Of a stretch of 64,000 bases of DNA, positions 13,634-24,256 are shown piece by piece. Numbering within the stretch: position 1 is the first letter of the stretch; each line of letters starts with the position of its first letter. A program made the position numbers and the translations under genes. Origin of the DNA: Lytechinus pictus. Its lineage: Eukaryota. The stretch lies in NCBI RefSeq assembly GCF_037042905.1, contig NC_087251.1, positions 42,782,001 through 42,846,000 of the forward strand. Reading direction: 5' to 3'. The notes beneath the pieces are model-generated. The model was given only the letters and a program-made list of their open reading frames with translations. It did not search any database and had not been told where the DNA came from.

Positions 13634-14186
13634 TGCCACTTCCATTCAAGAGTGGATACCATGCGCGACCATGGGGTCTCGAAAAGCACCCTAAACACGT
13701 AATTTCCATATTCTGAAAATGCGCCCCTTAACAAGTATTGGCGCGTGAAACCCTACCCTTAACAAGAATTGGTAACAAAACGATACTCTTGGCAAATGTT
13801 CCCTGAAATGAACCCCTAAACAAGTACAGGAATGTTTTATTGTTACGGGTCCTTCGGTCGTCGGCTTTACCTTATTTGGTTTAGTACGACCCCACCTTCT
13901 ACACCTCGCGCAAATCGTGACTCTAAATACGAAGTGTTGGGGCAAAAAGGACATCCTTTATAAAACATTTTAATTTTGTTTTATCATCCCCGCGAATTCG
14001 ACCCTAAACACGTAATTTTCCTAGCGAAATAGATACCCTTTTTTCATTATTTTTGTGTTTTTGACACCCTTATCACGTTACGTACATAACGTGCCCTATC
14101 GTGAAAAAGACATCCTTTTTACGTGTTTTTTTTTTTTGTCGCGCATGGTATCCACTCGTCAATGTAAGTGCCCCCCCCCCCCGCGG
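13634..14186. mobile_element. MITE-like element
   Basis: GAGTGGATACCATGCGCGAC (13649-13668) is inverted as GTCGCGCATGGTATCCACTC (14138-14157); internal ACCCTAAACA repeats; TSD not resolved. Confidence 0.65.
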
Positions 14187-14914
14187 GGTTCAAACAAGGA
14201 CAGAAAATGAGCTATGCCTATATTATACGAATCGCTTCATATTTATCCTCCTAAACATTCAGAATCCATGTCATATTCATCATAATCTCTAGATTTATAG
14301 AGAAAAAAACAGCAAAAATATTGCTCTACAATTCTAAAAAGAAGGGTATATACATGTATATATTATTTTAATTATACGAACCAAAAGTCCAGTTTTCTGT
14401 CTTATAATTTACTGTGAAAATCACAAGAATTTGATTTAAAAAAAAATAGGTAGGCCTGTACAATTTTTCTTTTAATTAAAAAAGAAACAAAAATAGAATG
14501 GACAAGAAAGGAAGAATATAAAAGAGAAAAGAAAAATATATTTTAAAAAAAAGAAGAAAAGAAAGGAGAAAAACAACGTAAAGGAAAAGGAAAAGTGTTT
14601 AAACAAGGACAAAAAAATGAGCTATATGCCTGTATTGTCTTGAAAATGATTTTTTTTAAATAAGATGACTGAGACACGTACTGCACTGGGCCATGTTAAA
14701 CCAAGAAAAGAATATAAACCAACAAAATTCTACTTTTAGTTAACGACAGATCGACCGACTGAAATGTGGATGAAAATATTTTCTGATTCTCCCTTCTTTT
14801 CCCCCTTTTCGCGAAAGGTGCATGGATCCTCCCCTGTATAACATACCCCCACGACTCTCCCTCCTTCCACCCCCCCCCCTTTGGCGAAAGCTGGATACTC
14901 CCCTGTACCCCCTC

Positions 14915-15220
14915 TCCCGTATCCACAAACATTATCCCAGCTGCCCGTATCCTCGTATCCACGCATGGTATCCACGTATCCGCGTATCTTCGTATCCATG
15001 TATCCAGTTATCAGTACGGTAGTAGTATCCACGTATCCGCGTATCCACGTATCCTCGTATCCATGTATCCAGTTATCAGTACGGTAGTAGTATCCACGTA
15101 TCCACGTATCTTCGTATCCATGTATCCATTTATCAGTACGGTAGTAGTATCCACGTATCCCAGTATCCACGTATCCTCGTATCCATGTGTATCCACGTAT
15201 CTTAGTATCCATGTATCCGC
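14915..15220 (-). repeat. GGATAC minisatellite in inverted orientation (GTATCCAC)
   Basis: Same core unit as 6848-7632 on the opposite strand, with ~57-65-bp higher-order units containing TCAGTACGGTAGTA. Confidence 0.95.
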
Positions 15221-15348
15221 TTTTATCTCAAAAACGTAATTTCTAAAAAAGTTAACAAGTACCGGTACGTCGTATCCGTTGTTTTCTCGTTTTAAAATCT
15301 AGAGATTTTTGTAATCGATTCATGACATTGGATTCTAAAGGTAAGCCA

Positions 15349-15527
15349 AATCCTGACATCGAGGCACAGACTGGAACCTCAAAAAAACGAAAAGTTCTCT
15401 CCTTCTAACCCAGTCGCGATCAGCCATTTTGTTATGATTCATAACAAAAATGGCCGATTGCGACTGGGGTCGAAGGAGAGAACTTTTTGTTTTTTGAGGT
15501 TCCAGTCTGTGCCTCGATGTCAGGATT
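15349..15527. repeat. 179-bp near-perfect palindrome
   Basis: AATCCTGACATCGAGGCACAGACTGGAACCTCAAAAAA...GTTATGA-T-TCATAAC...TTTTTTGAGGTTCCAGTCTGTGCCTCGATGTCAGGATT; centre at 15438. Confidence 0.97.
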
Positions 15528-15830
15528 CTACCACTCGATAGACCTTCATCCATATAATCGTGGTAAGTGCATAATTTCTGTTTTCACAATTTATCTTGCT
15601 AGATATTTTGACCATAATCTACCCTTGTCCCGTGAGTATGGGTAAATACATTGTTTTCAGCCTGGAGTACCCCTTGAACTTTTCATTAGAAATGTTATGT
15701 ACTTCCTAAAATTTTCTCAATGTTTTTTTTTCTTTCCCAGTAAATGTAAGAAATTTGCCCACTCTCTCACATATAGCCTCAATTTTGCAATGATAATGAT
15801 ATATGGTTCTCTTGTCTGCTTCCTTTCTAG

Positions 15831-16979
15831 GTGAAGACGTACGCCTGTCCAACATGTGGAAAAACATTTTCATTTTCATGCAATCTGTTCCGACATGAAA
15901 AAAACATTCACAAGAAGTTTGTGAACTGCCAGGTTCCTGGTTGCCTTTTCAAGTGCAGCAGCAAACGAAAGTTGATTGGGCACATGGAATTATTGCATTT
16001 TAAAACTCTGGAAAAGGAGACATTGACATTTGCAAATCTGGAGGAGTTCTATAAGTGGAAACTTAGGGAAGAAGTCCAGAACTTTGTGTGCTTCACCAAG
16101 AAAAGAGGCGACATTAAAATGGCACGTTCTACCCATAGACACTATGTCTGTGCTCTCTCAAGAAGACTTGGATTTCAGAAAAATACAGACGGTAAGAAGG
16201 AGGTGTACTGCCCAGCTCGATTACTTTTGAAAGAGTCTCATGGTAATGGAACTGTAGAGGTCACTTATTATAAATCGCATTCCCATCCTTTATCCTACTC
16301 TGGGTCAAAGAATCTTCCCATGCCAGAGACCCTCCGTCACGAAATCAAAGAGAGGTTGAAAGCTGGTATGAACCCTGATAACATTATCTCCGAACTCCGG
16401 AAGATGCACAAATCCGAGCTTGCAGTAGCAATTGGGATATACAATCGTCTGCAGTCTGTAACAGCATCTCACATATCCAAAATACAGCGTATGATGATCA
16501 AGAAGGGCATGTTGGAAGAGGCAATCCCCCAAAACAAGCCTGGAGAGATGGGAGTACTGAGGATGATGGCAGAGGCAGACAAGGAAGGTGCAAGTCTCGT
16601 CGACGACATCAAACAAATGAATGATGGATTTGTTGTCTTTGATTGCGTGGTACAGGAGCAGATGGATGTTGTAAATCTTCCTGAAGAATCAACTACTATT
16701 CCTGGTGCAAACATCCTCATTCCTGATCCTGTGCTCCCAAAACCTAAAACGAAGCGGAAAAAGGTCAGACGGGGGAAGAATCCACCAGATGTAATAACTC
16801 CGTTCATTGTGAATCCAGAAGGTACTCAAAAGGGTGAATTGGACAGTGTACATGATTCACTCGATAAGGTCAAACTCTTACTCTCCAGTGGGCAAGTAAG
16901 AGAAACAGATCTAACAGGTATTCAGGAAAATCTACAAGGTATAATGAAAATCATAAACGGCAAACATAGGATTATGTAA
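15831..16979 (+). CDS. Terminal coding exon: two C2H2 zinc fingers plus Mutator/WRKY-GCM1-like DNA-binding domain (transposase-derived protein without DDE domain)
   Basis: 382 open codons directly after the acceptor TCCTTTCTAG. Fingers CPTC..HEKNIH and CQVPGC..HMELLH; FxNLEEFYKWK..YVC..CPARL..VEVTYYKSHSH module; LPMPETLRHEIKERLKAGM helix. AATAAA at 16978-16983. The upstream ATG exon was not identified. Confidence 0.8.
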   Translation: MKTYACPTCGKTFSFSCNLFRHEKNIHKKFVNCQVPGCLFKCSSKRKLIGHMELLHFKTLEKETLTFANLEEFYKWKLREEVQNFVCFTKKRGDIKMARSTHRHYVCALSRRLGFQKNTDGKKEVYCPARLLLKESHGNGTVEVTYYKSHSHPLSYSGSKNLPMPETLRHEIKERLKAGMNPDNIISELRKMHKSELAVAIGIYNRLQSVTASHISKIQRMMIKKGMLEEAIPQNKPGEMGVLRMMAEADKEGASLVDDIKQMNDGFVVFDCVVQEQMDVVNLPEESTTIPGANILIPDPVLPKPKTKRKKVRRGKNPPDVITPFIVNPEGTQKGELDSVHDSLDKVKLLLSSGQVRETDLTGIQENLQGIMKIINGKHRIM

Positions 16980-18346
16980 TAAATGATAATGCGATTTCTT
17001 TCCTTTCTTGGTTTCTGTGAAACGTTTCTTTGTTTCTAAAACTTCATAAATTTTCCTGTGAAATCTATTGGACTTTTGCGTTGAACGTCAAAATTTATTA
17101 CAAACATTTTAAATTTTATCAAGGTTTGCATTTAAAGATAACGACCATTATTCAGTCGACTTTGATGTGCTGTCATAAATGAAGTAGCAAAAGTTAGTAC
17201 TTTGGGTCTTTCAACATTTTTGTCTCACCTGGAAGCGAGATGTGCATGTATGTGCAACTTTTTCGGAAGTGGCATTGTCAGCACCGCATAACTATCAAAG
17301 AAAGCATCTGAAACGTACTCATATCTCCAAACTTAAAATTACAAGGACCTACCACATCAAACTTGGATGACATGTAAGGGTGATCAAGTATTGGAAAATA
17401 GGTGTACCGTACATGAAATTTCAGGTCACTGCGTCTAAGTCAAAGGTCATTTGGGGGTTACTAAACTGATATTACCTTAAAAAACCTAACCCAAGGCTAT
17501 GATTCTTAATTTTTAAGATAATGTTGAAATGATATTAATCTAGGCTGGTCAAGCAAAGTACATGTATATCAGAAAATATACACTTTTCAATCTTAATTCC
17601 ATAATTATTTCACAATTAAGTGTACAGTTTATATTTACAGTTTGATGGTCTGATATCAATCTTGATATACACGTACATGTATCATTGACTCAAGTTTTTA
17701 TCTTTGTTTAGGGGCAAATAAATGCTCATGCTTATTGTCGTAAAATCATAATTGGCTCATATCATTCACATTATCAAGCCACATTTCAATTTGAGCATTT
17801 AGCCTGACTCCCAACTCAAATATCTAATTGTTTTTCAATATCTGACTATTAATTTGTTTTCGATACTTGGGGAAAGTAATCATGCAAGTAGGCCAACATA
17901 TATCATGTGACTTCAAATTAATGCAGTGTCAGATAAATACAATTGTAGCTGTGTATGATTTAAAGTCAGTTTAAGCATAACATGTTTATACAGTATGTAG
18001 CACAGCTGCAGGCCTGCAGCTGTCCTGTTCAGAGCTATAAAACAATTTTCACAACTGAATATTAATTAAAAAATATTTGTATACATCGTAGAACCATAAA
18101 TGAATACATGTGGGCATGTTGATTTATTAAATTATGAAAGGTTTTGAAAATTTTGGAAGTGAAGTGTTGAAAATAATTTGAGAAATGACAAAATTGCAGA
18201 TGCATGAAATATTCCCAGTTTAGATTGAGAATCCATAGTTCTTTTTATTGCTTTGACAAAGTGAACAAAGGAGAATGTATCTAACTTCGAATTGACTTGA
18301 TTAAGAGTAACATAATATGTACCGTAAAATAAGAAAGTTATGTCAT

Positions 18347-19380
18347 TTTTGTCTCGCCTGCATAGTAGTGGGAGACTATAGGTGTCGCTTTTCCGACGGC
18401 GGCATCGTCAACATTGAAATCTTAACCAAGGTTAAGTTTTTGAAATGTCCTCATAACCTAGAAATTATATGGAACTAATTCATGAAACTTGGACATAAGG
18501 GTAATCAAGTATTACTAAATATCCTGCCTGAGTTTCAGGTCACATGACTAAGGTCAACGGTCATTTAGGGTCAATGAACTTGGACCATGTTGGGGGAATC
18601 AATATCGAAGTCTTAACCAAGGTTAAGTTTTTAAAATGTTGTCATAACTTGGAAAGTATATGAACCTAGTTCATGAAACTTAGACATAAGGGTAATAGTG
18701 TATCACTTAACATCCTACCCGTGTTTCAGGTCACATTACCAAGGTCAAAGGTCACTTAGGGTCAACAAACTTTGACCATTTTGGGGGTATTTGTGGAATT
18801 GTCATAACTTTTAAAATATATGGATCTAGTTCATGAAACTTAGACATGAGAGCAATTAAGTATTCCTGAAAATCCTTTGCAAATTTCAGGTCACATGATC
18901 AAGGTCAAAGGTCATTCAGGGTCAACAAACTTTGATAATGCTGGGGGTAATTGTGGAATTGCCATCATAACTTTAAAAGTTATAGAGCTACTTCATGAAA
19001 CTTGGACATAAATAGTATGCATCCCTGAATATCATGTGCGCGTTTCAGGTCACATGACCGAGATCAAAGGTCATTTAAGGTCAATGAACTGTGGCCGTTT
19101 TGGGGGTATTTGTTGAATTGACATTATAATTTAGAAAGTTTATGGATCTACACATGTAGTTCATGAAACATAAGGGTAATCAAGTACCCGGTATGTTTTG
19201 CACATGTCTTAGGTCACATGATCATGGTCAAAGGTCATGTTGGGTCAATGGATATAGTATTTTATTATCATATTAGTGTTTTCTTTTGTGAATAATTATT
19301 CAATAGCTGTTTTCAAAGTCGGCATTGCTGCTATATCGAATCGCGTAATGCAGGCGAGACTGCCAGAGGCGTTCCACTTG
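18347..19380 (+). mobile_element. Helentron/HINE-like non-autonomous element with ~145-bp internal tandem repeats
   Basis: 5' TTTTGTCTCGCCTGCAT, (GGC)n, core repeats containing CAGGTCACATGACCAAGGTCAAAGGTCA, 3' ATGCAGGCGAGAC inverted repeat, TGCCAGAGGC and CTTG/TT end. Confidence 0.8.
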
Positions 19381-19756
19381 TTAATTTTATAATTATTTTC
19401 TTCATTCTTAAATGAACTATATATGCATTGTGCTAAATGATTTTAATATAGATGAAAAAGCTTATTTTGTTACACTGTCACAGTCACTATTCTTGTTCTC
19501 GTAGAATATGCAGTGTTGTAAATTGATTATTTGGACAGTGAAGAAGATCCCCAGTAATAAATCACAATCATAGATTGAAATGTATTTGAAACAATGAAAC
19601 AGACACTGACATTGACTCATTCATTTTCATATAGACTCTGCATTTACTTGTGTATCACTGTTGTATAAATTTCTTAGGGGCCATGGGGGGGGGGGGGGGG
19701 ACTCCAGCCCCCACTTATTTTTCCAAAACCGTGTACAAAAAACAAACTGATTGTGA

Positions 19757-20294
19757 TTTTTGTCTCTCCTGCATAGCAGTGCGAGACCATAGGGGCCGCT
19801 TTCCTGACGGAGGCGGCAGCATCAACATTGAAATCTTAACCTAAGGCTTAGATAAAGTTTTTTAGTCATCATAACTTAGAAAGTATAGGAACCTAGTTCA
19901 TAAAACTTGGACATAAGAGTAGTCAAGTATCACTTAACATCCCGTGCGAGTTTCAGGTCACATGATCAATAGTCATTTAAGGTCAATGAACTTTGGCCAT
20001 GTTGGGGGTAATTGTTGAATTGCCATCATAACTTTGAAAGTTTGCGGATATAGTTCATGAAAGATGGACATACATGTAACATTACATACATGTAGGGGTA
20101 TTCAGGTATTACTGATAAACTTGCACAATATTTAGGTCACATGATCAAGGTCAAATGTCATTTAGGGTCAATGAACGTAGTATTCAATGTTATTTGTGTG
20201 TGAATAATTGGTTTATAATAGTTTCCAAAGTCAGCACTGCTGCTATATTGAATTGCTTATAATGCAGGCGAGACTGCCAGAGGCACTTCACTTG
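19757..20294 (+). mobile_element. Same Helentron/HINE-like family, two core units
   Basis: Same 5' and 3' modules as 18347-19380. Confidence 0.8.
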
Positions 20295-20424
20295 TTTGCA
20301 TGGTCACCCCCCCACTTTCAAACGGTTCTGTGGCCCCCGTCTATAATAATTTACTTTTTTTTGGGGGGGGGTGCTTGTTTGCTGTTTTTTATATATCATT
20401 TTGAGGTTCTCATTTCAATAAAGT

Positions 20425-20738
20425 GGATTCCAAAAGAAACTGATCAAACTTTACAAGGGCACTGTACAAATTCCACTCTGTCAAAATGAACAATCATTTT
20501 ACACAAGCTAGCTTCAATAATCTTTACTCAGCACATTTTGCTATTTTGCGATTTTGGATTCTAAAACCAATAGATGTGAGGGGCTATAGCCTCTCTGTGA
20601 TTGAACCAATCTGTTATTTATTCCCATGTGCTTAGTAAAGATTATTGAAGCGAGCTTGTGTAAAATAATTGTTCCTTTTTGACCAAGTGGAATTTGTGCA
20701 GTGACCTTGTCAAGTTTGGTCAGTTTCTTTTGGAACCC
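20425..20738. mobile_element. Hairpin MITE-like element with ~110-bp imperfect arms
   Basis: GGATTCCAAAAGAAACTGATCAAACTT...CTTCAATAATCTTTACT pairs with AGTAAAGATTATTGAAG...AAGTTTGGTCAGTTTCTTTTGGAACC. Confidence 0.8.
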
Positions 20739-21129
20739 AGTTTAGATCAAAAAAGAAAACAGCCTGCCTTCAAGGAAGTCCACTATGTTCCATAGAAGAA
20801 ATGAATTGACAACTGCAGGTTAACACGCGTAATGAAACCTTCCATTCCGTAAGTAAAATATTTGCGTATAAATCAGAGCAAATTGTGCAATACACTGTAC
20901 ATGTGAAACATCCAGTGTACCCCTTCTTAGCTAGATTTCTCTTAAGTCAAAGAAATTTATTTTGACCCAATAAATTTAATTTGGAAAAGTTACCTGTATT
21001 CACAAAATGTTTTTAGTATATATATAGTCAAACATTTATTTTTTCTAAAACAAAATATTGATTTATAGTCTCAAATCTGCATCTGTCTTTTTAACTACTA
21101 TTTACTATACTATTTTTTTTTCTTTTTAA

Positions 21130-21607
21130 AGGGCAAGTTCACCCTGAATAAAAGTTTGTTGTGAAAATAGCAGAAAAATAATAACATATATTGAAGGTTT
21201 GAGGAAAATCCATTAAAGATTAAGAAAGTTATTAGAATTTTAAGTTTTGGATTTGTGACATCATAAACGAGCAGCTGCCCCATATGTTATGTGATATAAA
21301 ATGCATATGTTTCAATTTTCAACTGTTCGCGATAACTTATTTTCGTTTTATTTTTCGTGAAATGATTTGTCTATTAATATACTGAAGGTACAGAAAAAAA
21401 CCATTTTCAATTTTCTGAGAAAATTACATTTTATTGATTTTGTTACCATACGATATGTAGGAAAGTTGCTCGCATATGACGTCACAAATCAAATAATTCA
21501 AATTCTACTAATACTACTTTAATGGATTTTGTCAAACCCATGGCAACATTTTTTCCATTTATTCTTCCATTTTTACAACAAACTTTTTGTCATTGTGAAC
21601 TTCCCCT
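21130..21607. mobile_element. Kolobok-like MITE
   Basis: TTAA|AGGGCAAGTTCAC ... GTGAACTTCCCCT|TTAA; TTAA TSD with purine-purine termini. Confidence 0.75.
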
Positions 21608-21638
21608 TTAATTACTATTGATGAGGAATATATAACAA

Positions 21639-22123
21639 AGGATATGTCCACTCCAACAAAATGTTGATAATAAAAAGATAAAAATTCAAAGAGCATAACA
21701 CTGAAAACAAAATCGGATGTAATATAAAAAAGTTGTTATATGAAATATTCTAATTTTTTCATCATTGTGCTGTGAACCAAAGCTTTATTCCTCCCTGAAA
21801 ATGTGTTATTACCATTGTTATAACATTTTGGTCCAGTCAAGTTGGCCCTCATTGTCAAATCTAAAAAAAAATGTATCATTCAAACAATAAAAAAAACAAA
21901 AGAAATAGTGAGTGAGGGACATCATCAACTGTCTCATTTGCATGTCACTGAGTCATGTATATCACTGTTTTGTGAAAAATAACTGAAACCTTAAAATGTT
22001 GTATATAAACTTTCCTATTTTACATCTGAAATTGTCTGATTTTGATGACATTTTCACCGTTGTGCTAGTTTGATTTTTCTCTATCTATTCAAATTAACAT
22101 TTTTCTGGGGTGGACTTAACCTT
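21639..22123. mobile_element. Kolobok-like MITE, second family
   Basis: AAAGGATATGTCCACTCCA ... GGGGTGGACTTAACCTTTTAA; related fragments at about 8049, 9410 and 28901. Confidence 0.6.
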
Positions 22124-22595
22124 TTAAAGTATAGGCCTACGGTATAACGAGGGCAACACTAAACAAAGTCAACAGGACGAAACTAATAAAAACAGTGATC
22201 ACAAAGTAAAAGGACTGAGGGGGGGGCTGTGCAGGTGAGTGAGATTGAGATAGAGAGGGAAGGGGGCGATTAGGGAGACAGATTTGAGAGAAGAGAGAGG
22301 GGTAGGGGGATGAAAATGAAGAAAAGAAGTCCCCTTTTACCACTGGTCAATGGAAAACCGCCCTGTGGTACCCTTCAAAGCCGCGGATCCAGGATTGACT
22401 TTGTGCCTTTATTTAAAAATCGACAGATTGAGAAGAAAAAAGAAAAAAAAATCACTCCTAAATGGGCTCCCAAATAAATTAAAGTGATTTTCCAGACTGG
22501 GAATATTTATATCTCAATAATAGAGTAAAATTCACAGAGCAAGATGCTGAAAATTTGATCAAAATCAGATAAAAACTTAAGTTATTGAAGTTTAA

Positions 22596-23180
22596 AGGGG
22601 AATCCAGCCTTGGCCATAGAATGTTGTGTTGGGAAGGAGAAAAATCAATTAAAAAGTGGTGAAAGTTTGAAAGAAATCAGACAAGCAATAAGAAAGGTAT
22701 AGCTGCTTTAAAAGTGAGATCACTAATAGTACGTAGATTTCAAATTGGCAACTGGGTAAGTAAATTATGACAAGGGGCAAGGACAACTTTCCTATAGGCC
22801 ATGTACTTTATTATCAGGGATTTGTGGTTTTCTCCTAAGTACCCATTCCCCTGGGGCAGTATCTAAATATAACCCAGGTAGTATATTATTTAATGTCCTC
22901 ATGAAAGAAAAATATAATTTGAAATAAAACTTTTGGGAAAAATGACATTTTTAGCCGTATTGGAGTACATGGAAGAGTAGTCCTTGCCTTACATCACTAT
23001 GACATCCCATATGCGGCCAATTTGATGTCTCTTTGAGTATAGTGATTACCAATATTTACAATTTAAAAAATTCACAACTTTCTTGTTGTTTGTCCAATAT
23101 TGTTCAAACTTTCACCTATCAACTTGTCTGATTTTTCGTTTTCTTATAAAAACAAGTTTTTATTAGGGTTGGATTCCCCT
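22596..23180. mobile_element. Kolobok-like MITE nested in another repeat
   Basis: TTAA|AGGGGAATCCAGCC ... GGTTGGATTCCCCT|TTAA; a related fragment lies at about 45640-45850. Confidence 0.8.
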
Positions 23181-24256
23181 TTAAAGATTTGCATTATTCC
23201 GGTGAAACAGTTCTAGGTATGTCTTTATGAATATTCATTAGGTGGGCTGATAATGTCATATCCACACTTGTTCTTTTATATTTTATTATATGAAACTACG
23301 TTTATTCAAAAAATTTCTACCAAGAACAATTGGATTGACGACTGATGAAGTGCATTAGTTATTTAATGCCGCAACTTATTTCATCATGATGGAGACACAT
23401 CACTTACACGTGTATGAAAAAAATGAAACATGATTTCATGTATAACAAGAAAAAGGAAAGTGGGGATGTGACATCAGCCCACCTAATGAATATTCATGAT
23501 AATGTGCATATAACTTTTTTTTTTTTTTTTTTGGGGGGGGGTGGGTATAATTTTACGGTGGGACCGTGGGAGTCCACACCTCCTCCTCCCCCCCCCCTAG
23601 CCATGCATTCTTTGTTTTTATATATATTTTTTTTTCATTGGAATACTTCCATCGTTTGATTCTATAGATATAAAACGAAAAGTGGGAAGATCAGTAGTTG
23701 ATTCTCTTTAACAATAATGATGGCGCTCTTCAATTTAATTTCGCTGAACTGTAATTTGTGTGATACAAACGGTAGGCACTTATGATCCAAGTTTGAAAGG
23801 AGACTCGTAAAATGACGTCACTCTCGCCGATGAATATTCATTAGATCGTGGTCGTGCGTGTTCAATACACACTGCGTGCAGGCATGCAGATAGTTATATG
23901 CGAGGAACTTTGGCTCCAGAGACAAGTTGTCAAATAACGTGTGTGTGTGTGCGTGTGTGTATCATCGGCTGGTAGTATTCCATGCTGTCTAAGACTTCAA
24001 ACGCGTCGGAGAGAGTGCATGGCAATTCGGTAAAACGAAGTTTCCCATATAAAGAGATAATAAAATAACACTATGTACAGTACGTTGAGACGCATTAAAT
24101 GTCAGATCAGGGGAGGCAGGAGTACAATCAGGTTTTTTTTTAAAGGGAAGAATAGTGTAGAATAAAAGGTATTATATATATAGCCAAATGATCTATAGGT
24201 GAGGGAAGTGAACAATGATGTTTTTAAAAAAAGAATGAATATACCTTACCTGAATA

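Noticed and set aside
15524..15562. This segment as the coding first exon of the zinc-finger gene
   Set aside because: The frame that would join 15831 in phase has a TAG and no ATG, so it could only be a non-coding or uORF exon.
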